From contig JALGVJ010000023.1 in assembly GCA_029838195.1 (NCBI GenBank), positions 1-63,307 of the forward strand: DNA of 63,307 bases, written 5' to 3'. The translations under genes were made by a program, and so were the position numbers. This document shows positions 50,121 to 60,688 of the stretch, piece by piece (within the stretch, counting starts at the first letter, position 1; each line of letters starts with the position of its first letter). Source of the DNA: Promethearchaeota archaeon (GTDB lineage Archaea; Asgardarchaeota; Lokiarchaeia; Sigyniarchaeales; SOKP01). A model generated the notes under the pieces. The model searched no databases and was not told where the DNA came from. It was given only the letters and a program-made list of their open reading frames with translations.

Positions 50121-52478
50121 ATGAACTTTTTTAAAAAAAAAATCAGACTATTTTTCAAAAGGTTAATCTCCAAAATATTATTTTGGAGGCCAAAAGAGAT
50201 ATTGGATTCACTATCTCCCTGTGAGGAAGTTGAGGAAGTGAAAATTGATGATAATCAAACCCAAGAATTTACTCAAAGTGAGATATGTTCTCCACAAGCA
50301 GAAGAATCAATTATATTAGAAAAAATGGAGGATATTGAAAGCGAAATAGAACAGAAATTTGCTCCAGAAATTGGAACTAAATTTTCAAAACCGAAAAGAT
50401 CGAGATCTCCTTCATCTCAAACAAAAGGATCTTTAAATAAAGATATAGAAGTTGATGAAAGAGAGGAAGATGAAGATTATATTATACACGGAGATATTGA
50501 GATTAATTTAGCAGAATCTACTTCAAAACATATAAAATTACAGAGACTTTTAGAAACACCACAAAATATTGAGGTTTTAGAAGATAAGCAATATGAGAAA
50601 AGGGCCCGAATTAAACGTAGACCGATAGTAATGCTTGATTTAGAAAAGGGACAAATGAAATTACAATTGCCAGTTATTTCATTTCCTAGATATGAAGTTT
50701 TTAAAAATTCGAGACCAATTTCTTGTGTTATTAATATTTCAGACCTTCAGGGGAGAAATATAAAAAAAACAATTGAATTAACTGAACAGAACTGTAAGAT
50801 TGAAAAATATAATGAAACGCTTGTTTTTTTAATCTTAGATATTTTTAAGAGTTTTAGATGTAAAATTCAAACTCCGAATAGAGAAATACAAAGAAATTAT
50901 TATTTTCTTCATGAGAATGAAAAAATCTTCATATTTATTCAAAAAAATGAAACGAATATACTTTTATATAATTTTAAGAGTTTTTTTAAAGAAACAGACA
51001 AGTTTTGGATATTATTAAAAAATGATCTAAAAATAACTCCGAATCCTACAAGTATCTTTGAAAATTTAGTTTATCCTAATTACAACTTATTTAATATAGG
51101 ATTTAATTCAGATAATTATGAAATTCAGATTTTTGATGAAAATAATAATTTTCTTGTTAGTTTATTTAAAGAACCTAAAATCCATTTCTCCTCTCAAAAC
51201 GATGGATATATTTTTGATGAATTTTATAACGAGGAGCCTTTATTTTGGACTAATTTTAATATAAATTTAGAATGTTCAGATTTTCTTAAGAAAATTCCAA
51301 AAATGGTATATATCCAAAATTCAATCACAGATGAATATATTGAGCAAAAAAAATTTTATAACAAAATAAAATGGATAAAAGGAGATGAGTTTGAAATATC
51401 TCCAGAACATTTAAATAATAAGATTGGAAGTTTTCAAATTGATATAGAGTTTTATAGAGATGATACTTATACTGAGCCCCTATTTGACAAATCTATAAGA
51501 GGCTTTTTTCGTTATTGTCCTGTTCGAATTGAACAATATGATTTAGTAATTCTTCCTACTGAAAAAGGTCATAAGGATTTTGAAATTAATATGATAACTG
51601 TAAATGACCAGTTGTTATCAATTGAAAGAAGTGATATTGATTTTAAAACAGAAACACTTCAGAATAGTATGATATGTAAAAAATTCTCAGCTGTAGCATC
51701 AAAAGACATCGATCAATTTGAATTAATTATCAGAAGTCCTCATTGTATCAATTTAGTAAGATTGAAGCCATATATTCCACGCGTTAAATGGCGTTTGAAA
51801 AATATTGAGAAGTTTGAAAATCTAACGGGTAAACCCATAAACATTGATTTTGATAACTATTTTAAATTAAAAAAAAATATCACATTAGAAATACGTGTGA
51901 TATCAAAAGATTGTTTTAATGGCCTTTTTATTATATTTGATGATAAAAAATACCCATTGAGAATATCTGATAAGAAAAATTTTATTTATTCTTTCCCATT
52001 AAATCCGATTTATGAAGAAATTAATAGATATATTAAAAAAGAAGGAATGTTGAAGTTATATCTCATCATTGAAGACAGAAAAATTTTAGTTATGAAAATA
52101 ATTGGCAAAAAAGATGAATATTTTGAACATGTAAAATCAACGAAAAAGAGAATTTTAACGGGAGATCATTCTCAAAAAATTAAACATCAAAAAAATTTTA
52201 AAATTGAATTAAAAGTTCATGGTTATCAAAATTCTAAAGGAAATAAAGTTATTTCGGCACTTATTACAATATTATCTAAGGAAGTAAGATATACCCTTGA
52301 AGAGCTTAGAAATAGATTCTTTAATGATAAGGAGTTTAATGACAAAATAAATTCGTTTTTAAAGGTAAATAATATTATCCCAACATCGAAGATGACTTAT
52401 CAGAGTTTCATCAACAGTTTATGGGAAGTTCCATATAGATATTTTGAAGAGATTTTAGATTATCTAGAAAATAATTAA
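50121..52478 (+). CDS. Large hypothetical protein, partner of DUF1998 helicase (DruH/DruF-like position)
   Basis: 785-aa ORF ending 18 nt before the helicase. Amphipathic basic N-terminus, acidic disordered linker, then beta-rich body (RRPIVMLDL...LQLP, IPRVKWRL). Confidence 0.7.
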   Translation: MNFFKKKIRLFFKRLISKILFWRPKEILDSLSPCEEVEEVKIDDNQTQEFTQSEICSPQAEESIILEKMEDIESEIEQKFAPEIGTKFSKPKRSRSPSSQTKGSLNKDIEVDEREEDEDYIIHGDIEINLAESTSKHIKLQRLLETPQNIEVLEDKQYEKRARIKRRPIVMLDLEKGQMKLQLPVISFPRYEVFKNSRPISCVINISDLQGRNIKKTIELTEQNCKIEKYNETLVFLILDIFKSFRCKIQTPNREIQRNYYFLHENEKIFIFIQKNETNILLYNFKSFFKETDKFWILLKNDLKITPNPTSIFENLVYPNYNLFNIGFNSDNYEIQIFDENNNFLVSLFKEPKIHFSSQNDGYIFDEFYNEEPLFWTNFNINLECSDFLKKIPKMVYIQNSITDEYIEQKKFYNKIKWIKGDEFEISPEHLNNKIGSFQIDIEFYRDDTYTEPLFDKSIRGFFRYCPVRIEQYDLVILPTEKGHKDFEINMITVNDQLLSIERSDIDFKTETLQNSMICKKFSAVASKDIDQFELIIRSPHCINLVRLKPYIPRVKWRLKNIEKFENLTGKPINIDFDNYFKLKKNITLEIRVISKDCFNGLFIIFDDKKYPLRISDKKNFIYSFPLNPIYEEINRYIKKEGMLKLYLIIEDRKILVMKIIGKKDEYFEHVKSTKKRILTGDHSQKIKHQKNFKIELKVHGYQNSKGNKVISALITILSKEVRYTLEELRNRFFNDKEFNDKINSFLKVNNIIPTSKMTYQSFINSLWEVPYRYFEEILDYLENN

Positions 52479-52496
52479 AATATATTATAGAAATGG

Positions 52497-55400
52497 GTGT
52501 TAATAATTAAAAAATTTAAGAGCTATTATGATCCGATTAAAAATGCAAGCATACTTAATGAAGCTTATAAAAGGTACTTAAAATCAATCTTTCATATTAA
52601 AAATTTAGAGATTTATGAAGCGTTTAAGAAAAAAATCGATAAATTTGAGTTTTCAAAAGGACCTTTTATTGAAGCGACTCCTCCTTTTAAAAAGGGAAAA
52701 TTTATACAAGAATTAATTGATGAGGGTTTGTTAGATTCTTTTTTTGAAAAGTTTATTTTTGATGTTCTTCCTTTTTTAAAAACTAATAGGCTCTATCAAC
52801 ATCAAGAGGAAAGCATTAGAAAAATTCTTAATAACCGAAATATCGTAATTACTTCTAGTACAAGTAGTGGAAAAACTGAATGCTTTTTAATTCCGATTTA
52901 TAACGAGTTAATCAAACAATATAAAGAAGGGAAGCTGGGGCCAGGGGTAAGAGTCCTTCTTTTATATCCGATGAACGCACTGGTGAATGATCAACTAAGA
53001 AAATTGAGGGCCATCGCATATGCAATTGAAAAGAATATAAAAGATCTACGAATTACTTTTGGACGGTATACAGGTGATACTAAAGAATACAGAAAAGATG
53101 CATTAGAGCAATTTCAGAATCTTCATAAGGGTCAGAAACCTCCCCCCGAGAGCGAATTATTATCAAGAGAAGAGATGAGGAATAATCCCCCTAATATTTT
53201 AATTACTAATTATGCGATGCTAGAGTACTTATTAATACGTCCTAGAGATGATATATTTTTTTCGGGGAAATATGGGAATAATTGGAAATATATCGTATTA
53301 GATGAGGCTCATGTATATAACGGCGCCACAGGAATGGAGATTGGTATGATTCTGAGAAGGGTAAAACAACGAATTAATAAAAAATCAAAGAAAAAGATTA
53401 CTTGTATTATTGCAAGCGCCACACTTATCTCATCAGCCTCTGACTATAATAAAGTAATAAATTTTGCTAAAAACCTTTTTGGGGAGAATTTTGAATGGAA
53501 TGAAAGAAATAAAGATATTATTATAGGAGAGAGAGAATCCGTTTCAGAAGAAAAGAAATTTTTTTTTAAGAAAAACGAATTTGAAAGGTTATATGATCTG
53601 CTTGTTAAATATAAAAATACAAAAAATGATTCAAAAATAAAAGAGTGGTTAAATGAAAAAGCGAAAGATTATAATATTGAACTCAATAGTAATTCTTTAG
53701 AAAATTTATACGAATTCCTGAAATTTGAAGGAAATATCATCAATATAAGAGAAATTCTTAAGGATTCTGCCATGGACTTTCAGGAAATGGCTAACAAATT
53801 TTTTAACAAAGAATTAAATGATATTAACATTTTGAAAAAGATCATTGAAATAGGAATTTGGGTCAGACAGTCATGGGATCAACTCTCCTTAATCCCAGCT
53901 CGTTTTCATTATTTTTTAAGGACACCAGAAAGCGTTTTTATTTCATTTGTTCCAAAAATAGAAATATATTTAGAAAGACATAAAAAAATCTTATATAAGG
54001 AGTTAGAAATCCCTGTATTTGAATTGCATGTATGTAAAAGATGTGGACAAATTTATTTGTTTGGAAATATAAATGAGGATTCTTTCTATGAACAATTAGA
54101 AAGTCAAAATATTTTCTCAGATGAACAGACAAGATTTCTCATGTTATTAGAGACTGAAGACTTGAATGAATATGAAGATTATGAATTAGAAGATATGGAA
54201 AAATTATGCGTAAATTGTGGTAAGGTATTAAGAAGAGGACATTGTACTTGTGCGAATCCCTTAGAATATCCAATCAAAATCATTCAAAATCTCGGAAGAA
54301 ATCTAACACAATGCAAAGCATGTGAATATTTCTCACTATCAATTAATAGGAAATTAATTTTGAATAGAGATATTCCAAGCGCTGTGTTAGCTACCAATTT
54401 ATTTCAAAATGCTTCTGAAAATGAAAAACTCTTAATCTTCACGGATAGTCGCCAAAAAGCAGCCTTTTTTGCTCCTTTTCTCGAATTTACATATAGTTTA
54501 ATATTATTTAGGTCTTTAATTCTAAGAACGATAAGAGAAGCAAATGTTCATGATTTAAGATTAGAAGGATTAGCGATAAATTTGAAAAATTTATGTGATA
54601 GAGAAAGAATTTTTCCTAAAAATATAGATGATGTACAAAAGAAATTGATAGTATGGAGACATGTTATCAATGAATATTATAATATAAGCTCGAGGAATTC
54701 ATTGGAATCATTAGGGCTTATTAAATTTGACATTATTTTTCCTGAAAATTGGACTCCTCCAACCTTTTTAAAAAAATCACCTTGGAATTTAAACGATCAA
54801 GATATCAAGAATTTATACCAGATTATTCTAAATACATTAAGAAGAAGCAAAGCATTTTCTATGCCTCAGGATGGACCAAGTTACAGTGATGAGATATTTG
54901 AGCGTGTTGGAAACAAGAAGCAGTGGTTCTTTAAAGGTGTATTAAGAGAAGAAGAAAAAGGTAAAGGTGATATGAGCTTAATCTCATTTTTACCAAGGAG
55001 AAAAATAAATAGCAGAATTAATTTCTTAAAAAAAATACTAAAAAAGAAAAATCCACTCTTAAATAAAGAAGTGATTCAAGAAATTTCAGAAGCTTGCTTA
55101 TCAGATATTTGGGAAGATATTTTCGATAATTGGATTGTGGGCTGTAATGATGATATCTTTTATCGTTATAATTCCTTTTATCAACTGAATTATCAATTTT
55201 GGAATGTTTCTCAACAAAATATTGAGGAGGTTTTCATATGTAATAAATGTGGGCATATAACACATCTTAATGTGGAAAATGTATGTCCTACATATCGTTG
55301 CACTGGGAGATTATATCAAGATATTGATAAAGTAAAAAAATTCCAAGAAAACAACCATTTTTCATATCTCTATAAGAATTTCAAACCAAGAAAATTAACT

Positions 55401-57350
55401 GCAAAAGAACATACAGCACAACTAACAACAGATAAAGCTACTAAAACTCAATTAAATTTCATTAAAGGTAATATTGATGTTCTATCATGTTCTACTACAT
55501 TTGAATTAGGTGTTGATTTAGGCGAATTACAAATTATTTTTCTTACAAATATACCTCCACACCCTTCTAACTATATACAGAGAGCAGGAAGAGCAGGACG
55601 CCGAAAGGATTCAGCAGGTTTTACAGTATCTTTAGCCCTCTTAAGATCACATGATTTAACTTATTTCCGTGACCCCCTTAAAATGATTAATGGTTATATC
55701 AAAGTACCTATTATAAATATTAAAAATGAAAAAATTATATTCCGTCATATTAACTCTTTAGTATTATCTCAATTTTTTAAGGCAAATCCAAGATATTTTT
55801 ATGGAGATGATAATACTGGAAAGGTTAAATGGTTTTTATTTAACGAAGGACTTAAAGCTGGATCTGCTTATAATTTATTACGAAAATATATTGAAGATAA
55901 CTTTGGAAGATTAAAGTATGATATAGAAAAGATTTTACCTGAAGATCTTGAAAATAAAAGGAAATTTTTGAATAAAAATGTTTTATTAAATAATTTATAT
56001 TCTGATGGGAGCATTAAATATGGAGAATATGGCAAATTATATTTAGCAAATTTAAATATTACAAATGAACTTGATAATTTAGAGAAGATTAAACAAGAAA
56101 ATTTACAAAAATACTTATCTACTGATAACAATAAAGAAAGAAATAAGCTTCATTACTTTAATAATTGGATTGATAAGAGAATAAAAACTATAAAGAACGA
56201 AAACTTGATTAAATTTTTATCCAGATACTCTATAATCCCTAAATATGGATTCCCTATAGATGTAGTACCTCTTGATATTCTACTAAAAGACCAAAATGCA
56301 AGAGAAGTTGCTTTAGAGAGAGATTTAAGAATAGCCATAAGTGAATATGCACCTGGAAGTCTTGTTGTAGCAAATGCTAAAATCTGGAAAAGTGCTGGAT
56401 TAAAGGCTCTTAAAGATCAAACTTGGCCAATATATGAATATATATTTTGTCCAAATTGCGGGCAATTCAACAAATGGCCTTTCATAAATCAGAATGGAAC
56501 ATCTGAAATGAATTATGAATGTATTAATTGTCGATTTGATTTAAAAGGAGAAAGAACTTTCAAATTTATTGATCCGATTTTCGGGTTTTTAACTGACCGT
56601 ACTCAAAAACCAATAAATCCTGGACGAGTACCTCCTGAACGCCAATATTTTTCACGACCTTTTTTCCATTCTCTTACTCCTTTAAAAAAAGGAAAATTTA
56701 AGGGTATTGAGAAAGCGCGAAATATTACAATTAATTGGGAGTATGCCCCAAATGGGGAATTATCAGTCCTTTGTAGGGGAAAGAAAGAAATGGGATTCAT
56801 AATTTGTTATAATTGTGGAAAGGGCTGGAATAAAGCTCCAAAGCTTAGTCGCCCTCATAAAACTCCTTATGGTTATAATTGTAATGGTATACTACATAAT
56901 GGAATTCATTTAGGTCATAATTTTCAGACAGATATATTGGTTTTATCATTTGAAAAAACCTTAGGAGCTAATTTAAAAATCGGATATTCACTTCTTTATG
57001 CCATTTTAGAAGGAGTAAGCGAAGAACTTCAAATTATTAGAAATGATCTTGATGGATGCCTTTTTAATAGAAATGAAGAGGCTAATGATACTTTAATCAT
57101 TTTCGATAATGTTCCTGGCGGAGCAGGGCATGTTAGAAGGATTATCGAATCTGAAGAAATTTTTATTAAGATTCTCCACTCAGCAATAGCTAAATTAGAA
57201 AAATGTACCTGTGGTGAAGAAACAAGTTGTTATGGTTGTTTAAGAAATTATTCCAATCAATTTTGTCATAATAAATTAAGTCGTGGGGAGGCTTTAGATG
57301 TACTTAAAAAAATTTTTCCAAAAGAATTGGATGATATCTTTATAGATTGA
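52497..57350 (+). CDS. Large SF2 DEAH-box helicase with Zn-finger inserts and C-terminal DUF1998/MZB domain (DruE-like, COG1205)
   Basis: LYQHQ (Q motif), TSSGKT (I), YPMNALVNDQ (Ia), RYTGDT, TNYAML, DEAH (II), SAT (III), FTDSRQ.AA, EHTAQL, STTFELGVDLG (V), QRAGRAGR (VI), PKYGFP, AISEYAPG, D.VPGGAG, CTC..SCYGCL. Confidence 0.93.
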   Translation: MLIIKKFKSYYDPIKNASILNEAYKRYLKSIFHIKNLEIYEAFKKKIDKFEFSKGPFIEATPPFKKGKFIQELIDEGLLDSFFEKFIFDVLPFLKTNRLYQHQEESIRKILNNRNIVITSSTSSGKTECFLIPIYNELIKQYKEGKLGPGVRVLLLYPMNALVNDQLRKLRAIAYAIEKNIKDLRITFGRYTGDTKEYRKDALEQFQNLHKGQKPPPESELLSREEMRNNPPNILITNYAMLEYLLIRPRDDIFFSGKYGNNWKYIVLDEAHVYNGATGMEIGMILRRVKQRINKKSKKKITCIIASATLISSASDYNKVINFAKNLFGENFEWNERNKDIIIGERESVSEEKKFFFKKNEFERLYDLLVKYKNTKNDSKIKEWLNEKAKDYNIELNSNSLENLYEFLKFEGNIINIREILKDSAMDFQEMANKFFNKELNDINILKKIIEIGIWVRQSWDQLSLIPARFHYFLRTPESVFISFVPKIEIYLERHKKILYKELEIPVFELHVCKRCGQIYLFGNINEDSFYEQLESQNIFSDEQTRFLMLLETEDLNEYEDYELEDMEKLCVNCGKVLRRGHCTCANPLEYPIKIIQNLGRNLTQCKACEYFSLSINRKLILNRDIPSAVLATNLFQNASENEKLLIFTDSRQKAAFFAPFLEFTYSLILFRSLILRTIREANVHDLRLEGLAINLKNLCDRERIFPKNIDDVQKKLIVWRHVINEYYNISSRNSLESLGLIKFDIIFPENWTPPTFLKKSPWNLNDQDIKNLYQIILNTLRRSKAFSMPQDGPSYSDEIFERVGNKKQWFFKGVLREEEKGKGDMSLISFLPRRKINSRINFLKKILKKKNPLLNKEVIQEISEACLSDIWEDIFDNWIVGCNDDIFYRYNSFYQLNYQFWNVSQQNIEEVFICNKCGHITHLNVENVCPTYRCTGRLYQDIDKVKKFQENNHFSYLYKNFKPRKLTAKEHTAQLTTDKATKTQLNFIKGNIDVLSCSTTFELGVDLGELQIIFLTNIPPHPSNYIQRAGRAGRRKDSAGFTVSLALLRSHDLTYFRDPLKMINGYIKVPIINIKNEKIIFRHINSLVLSQFFKANPRYFYGDDNTGKVKWFLFNEGLKAGSAYNLLRKYIEDNFGRLKYDIEKILPEDLENKRKFLNKNVLLNNLYSDGSIKYGEYGKLYLANLNITNELDNLEKIKQENLQKYLSTDNNKERNKLHYFNNWIDKRIKTIKNENLIKFLSRYSIIPKYGFPIDVVPLDILLKDQNAREVALERDLRIAISEYAPGSLVVANAKIWKSAGLKALKDQTWPIYEYIFCPNCGQFNKWPFINQNGTSEMNYECINCRFDLKGERTFKFIDPIFGFLTDRTQKPINPGRVPPERQYFSRPFFHSLTPLKKGKFKGIEKARNITINWEYAPNGELSVLCRGKKEMGFIICYNCGKGWNKAPKLSRPHKTPYGYNCNGILHNGIHLGHNFQTDILVLSFEKTLGANLKIGYSLLYAILEGVSEELQIIRNDLDGCLFNRNEEANDTLIIFDNVPGGAGHVRRIIESEEIFIKILHSAIAKLEKCTCGEETSCYGCLRNYSNQFCHNKLSRGEALDVLKKIFPKELDDIFID

Positions 57351-57402
57351 TCAACAAACACCTGAAGCCAAACCATAATTAAAAATAATAAAAGATCGAA
57401 AA

Positions 57403-57430
57403 GAAGCATTTGGGGAAAAAATAAATGCTT
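57403..57430. terminator. Hairpin between convergent helicase and DUF3604 genes
   Basis: aagcattt-N11-aaatgctt inverted repeat in the short convergent intergenic region. Confidence 0.3.
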
Positions 57431-57438
57431 TTATGCTT

Positions 57439-59574
57439 TTAATATTCAACCCAAATTGGACCAGAGTAAGAAGATCTACCATTTTCCCCGACCACGCGAA
57501 CAAAATAAAAATCATATCCGTTAGTATTTAACGTGCTAGGATCAATGGGATTATCACTATACTTGTTCACATACCATTTTCCGTTAATCTCTATACAAAA
57601 ATCTTCAAAAGTCGTACCCGTTATAGACTCGCTATCTACTAAAGAAATTTTCTGAACCGGAGATGTGATATTTATTGTTCTCCAGAGGTCTCCATTCTTG
57701 ATGATTTCGATGGAAGCTTTCCAATTCGGAACCCAATTTGGAAAAACCGAAGCTGCTTTCGACTTTAAAGCCACGGGTGCCCCATCTTGTGCTAAAAAAA
57801 TATCTATTCGCCTGGGAGCATTTTTTGAGCTCACGATTACAGTAGAGTCATCTCCGACCCCTATTCCATCTATCGAAAACTCGAGAATGGGACGCCCATG
57901 GTCAGAATTCGCAAAAATCCGTTTGTTTTCTAAAGCCTCAAATATATCTTCTCTGGTAAGACTTCTCACGTGCGCAGCCGTTAACCCCCCAGGATAAGGA
58001 TGTTCATTTCTCGTGTGCCAAAGACTAATTGGTCGTTGATGTCCAACGTAGGCTCTTGTATGACTTAGACTGTGTCCAGGGTGGCCATCGTGTTCATCAC
58101 TCGCTGCATATATTCCCATTTTTTTTCCCATGATGAAAGCATCAACAATCGAAGTTCCCCGCACGCGTTCCGGCGGTGCATCAATCATTCCTCGATAATT
58201 TAATTCATGATAATGATCGAACAAGCATTCTCCGTGAACAGAAGCAACTTCGGCTATTTTCACGTATTTTGGATTAATGTAAGTCCAATCTTGCTGATAA
58301 GCTTCTTGAGTCGTGTGATGAGGAAGTGCGAGGGCGTGATCGCCCGTTTTTGAAGTAAATTCATCTAACGCATTCCATAGACTTTCCGTATCCGGAACAA
58401 TGATATAAGACAAGATGGGATCTTTAAGCAGTTGATCTCCACTAAAAATGCAAGTATAATGACCGGTTAGGACGTTTGTCCATTCGATTCCATGAAATGT
58501 CACGAATTCATCTTGTTCATGGGCCTTATTTGTTTCTTGCTCCAGAAGATCTAAGGAACTGGGATTCCACATCATTATTTCCCCATGATCTGTAAGAGCG
58601 TAAAAATCGAGACAAGCTACATGTCGTGCGAAGTAAAAAGAATGAGCTGCCGATCCCGTTCCGTCTGATAATTCCGAATGTGTGTGAATATCCCCCCAAA
58701 CTATTTTATAGTCCGTTTTACACAAATGTTTTACTATAATTGGATTAGAATAATAAATATTCTTAGTCTCGCTATCGTTTACTAAAATATAATGAATGCC
58801 GGTCGTGTAAATTTTAGCATTAAATTCGTGTTTTCCATTATCTTTTCCATCCTTTATCTCATATGCCACGTCTGAACCAATTGATTGACCCGTAAACGTG
58901 TAAGGCTTGGGTAATTGGAATTTAACGCCGGTTAAAGGTGCTAAAGTGTCAAGATCGTAAGATTTAAGAGAAAATTGCACCGTTCCTTTATAGGTGGCAC
59001 TTAATCTTTCAAATGCATCCCACGCTTCCACGGAAATCTCGAATGATTCGCCTTTCTCGACCACTGAGGGTACATTAATCCACAGCATCCTTGTTTTATT
59101 ATCGAACATTACGCCAAAATCAAGATATACTGACGACCACATTACCATGGGAAGGAGAATGATACCGAATTTAATGAGTCTTAAATGAAATGGTTTAAGT
59201 TGGAAAGATTTCTTCATGCATTTTCCAACTTTAAAAAAACGTGAAAGATTTATCGTTCCTTTCCCGTGTAAGTAAAGCAAGAAATTTAAAAATGAGACTA
59301 ATAAGATGAAGCCAATTCCATACCACATGGCAAGATTAAGCGGAGACACTTCCTTGTACGCATGAGTCAGGATGGAGATAAAACCAACGTGAAAAGCCAA
59401 AGCCAATCCATTGTATTTTATCCATTTGTTCGAAAACCACATAAAATAGGCAATACCGATCAGCAAGCCAATCAAGCAGAGAAAAAACCAAAAAATCGTA
59501 AAGATGCCAAGCAAATATCCTAAAAATATTAAAACATTCCACGAGAATAATGATTTAATTCTATTTCTTTTCAC
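57439..59574 (-). CDS. Membrane-anchored DUF3604/PHP-like metallohydrolase
   Basis: N-terminal TM helices and Ig-like segment, then WGDIHTHSELSDG, LTDH, G.EWT, GHY, LPHH, EV.SVHG, SDEHDGHPG, LTRE.IFEAL..KR.FA; C-terminal SGPIWV. Confidence 0.8.
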   Translation of the reverse strand: MKRNRIKSLFSWNVLIFLGYLLGIFTIFWFFLCLIGLLIGIAYFMWFSNKWIKYNGLALAFHVGFISILTHAYKEVSPLNLAMWYGIGFILLVSFLNFLLYLHGKGTINLSRFFKVGKCMKKSFQLKPFHLRLIKFGIILLPMVMWSSVYLDFGVMFDNKTRMLWINVPSVVEKGESFEISVEAWDAFERLSATYKGTVQFSLKSYDLDTLAPLTGVKFQLPKPYTFTGQSIGSDVAYEIKDGKDNGKHEFNAKIYTTGIHYILVNDSETKNIYYSNPIIVKHLCKTDYKIVWGDIHTHSELSDGTGSAAHSFYFARHVACLDFYALTDHGEIMMWNPSSLDLLEQETNKAHEQDEFVTFHGIEWTNVLTGHYTCIFSGDQLLKDPILSYIIVPDTESLWNALDEFTSKTGDHALALPHHTTQEAYQQDWTYINPKYVKIAEVASVHGECLFDHYHELNYRGMIDAPPERVRGTSIVDAFIMGKKMGIYAASDEHDGHPGHSLSHTRAYVGHQRPISLWHTRNEHPYPGGLTAAHVRSLTREDIFEALENKRIFANSDHGRPILEFSIDGIGVGDDSTVIVSSKNAPRRIDIFLAQDGAPVALKSKAASVFPNWVPNWKASIEIIKNGDLWRTINITSPVQKISLVDSESITGTTFEDFCIEINGKWYVNKYSDNPIDPSTLNTNGYDFYFVRVVGENGRSSYSGPIWVEY

Positions 59575-59680
59575 TTTATAAGATTAAATGATTTTCATGA
59601 TTTAAATAAAAGTTCATGATGACGAGTCCTTAATAATTATATGTGTTAAAGGTATATATATAGTTTAAATTTTAAAAAAA

Positions 59681-60688
59681 TTAGATGACAATGAAAATCC
59701 TATTCTTGTATAAAAAGATTCCAAATCCCCAAATGATAAATGTATTCATCAGTCCCAGGAGAAATACGATGATGAACGGTGGATTTATCGTTGCCACATA
59801 ATACATGAAAATGACTAGTAGCAAGTGCGTCATGTAAAGCATGAACGAATTTCGCCCTAATATTGAGATGAGATTCTCCTGATGGAAAAAAGGATGAGAA
59901 AAGGATGCTCGTTCAAATATTAAATACAAGCAATAAAAAATCAGCGATGCCGTTCCGATGGTTAATAAAATGAAAGGCAACGTGATTCTTTGGCGACTGA
60001 ATCCCCAGAAAAAATAAGTGGGAACGCTTAATAGCACCAGAATAAGACCGCCGTGAAAAAAGTAAGATTTTACCTTATCATTTAAAAATCCTTCAGATAA
60101 TACCGATGATAATATTAGCATGGACGACCAAGATAACATTCCTTGAGGCCCTCCTTCAATACCAGAATAGATCTGATCTCCAATGCTCGTTCCTAATAAA
60201 TATTGATGAATGGACATGAAAATCACGGCGATGCTTAATCGAATAACGGGATGAAATTCAATGAGCGGCAATAAAATTAATCCGGAAGTACCCAAATATT
60301 GCAACGTCCCCCAACGTAATTGAAACCCTTCTTCCGTTATATTAATGTTAATTATCAAGCCTAATAATAAAAAGAGCGAATATCTCCTTAAAAAATGTAT
60401 GTACGTGCGCTTTCGTCCCTCCTTCACGAGCCTCTTCAAATAGGATTTCTTGTAATTCAGTGCCATCATGAATACAAAAAAAGGAGCTATAAAATCCACA
60501 TAGGTGAGGCCATAATCCACGGGATGCCTGCTCCAAGCCGGTACATTTTCAAACACGCTCAGAGTATTCACGAAAGTCATCAATAAAATGGTAATGCCCT
60601 TGAAAACATCAATGCTTAGATAGCGCTTGGATTTTACCCCCTGCTTTGCCGCCTCCTCTGAAGATACAAGCTTGCCTTGATCGTTCAT
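59681..60688 (-). CDS. Heparan-alpha-glucosaminide N-acetyltransferase-like (DUF1624/NagX) membrane protein
   Basis: RYLSIDVFKG.TI..M..VN, conserved His in WSRHP..YG.T.VD.IAPFF.F, GTLQ, LGRNS...Y..H. Confidence 0.85.
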   Translation of the reverse strand: MNDQGKLVSSEEAAKQGVKSKRYLSIDVFKGITILLMTFVNTLSVFENVPAWSRHPVDYGLTYVDFIAPFFVFMMALNYKKSYLKRLVKEGRKRTYIHFLRRYSLFLLLGLIININITEEGFQLRWGTLQYLGTSGLILLPLIEFHPVIRLSIAVIFMSIHQYLLGTSIGDQIYSGIEGGPQGMLSWSSMLILSSVLSEGFLNDKVKSYFFHGGLILVLLSVPTYFFWGFSRQRITLPFILLTIGTASLIFYCLYLIFERASFSHPFFHQENLISILGRNSFMLYMTHLLLVIFMYYVATINPPFIIVFLLGLMNTFIIWGFGIFLYKNRIFIVI

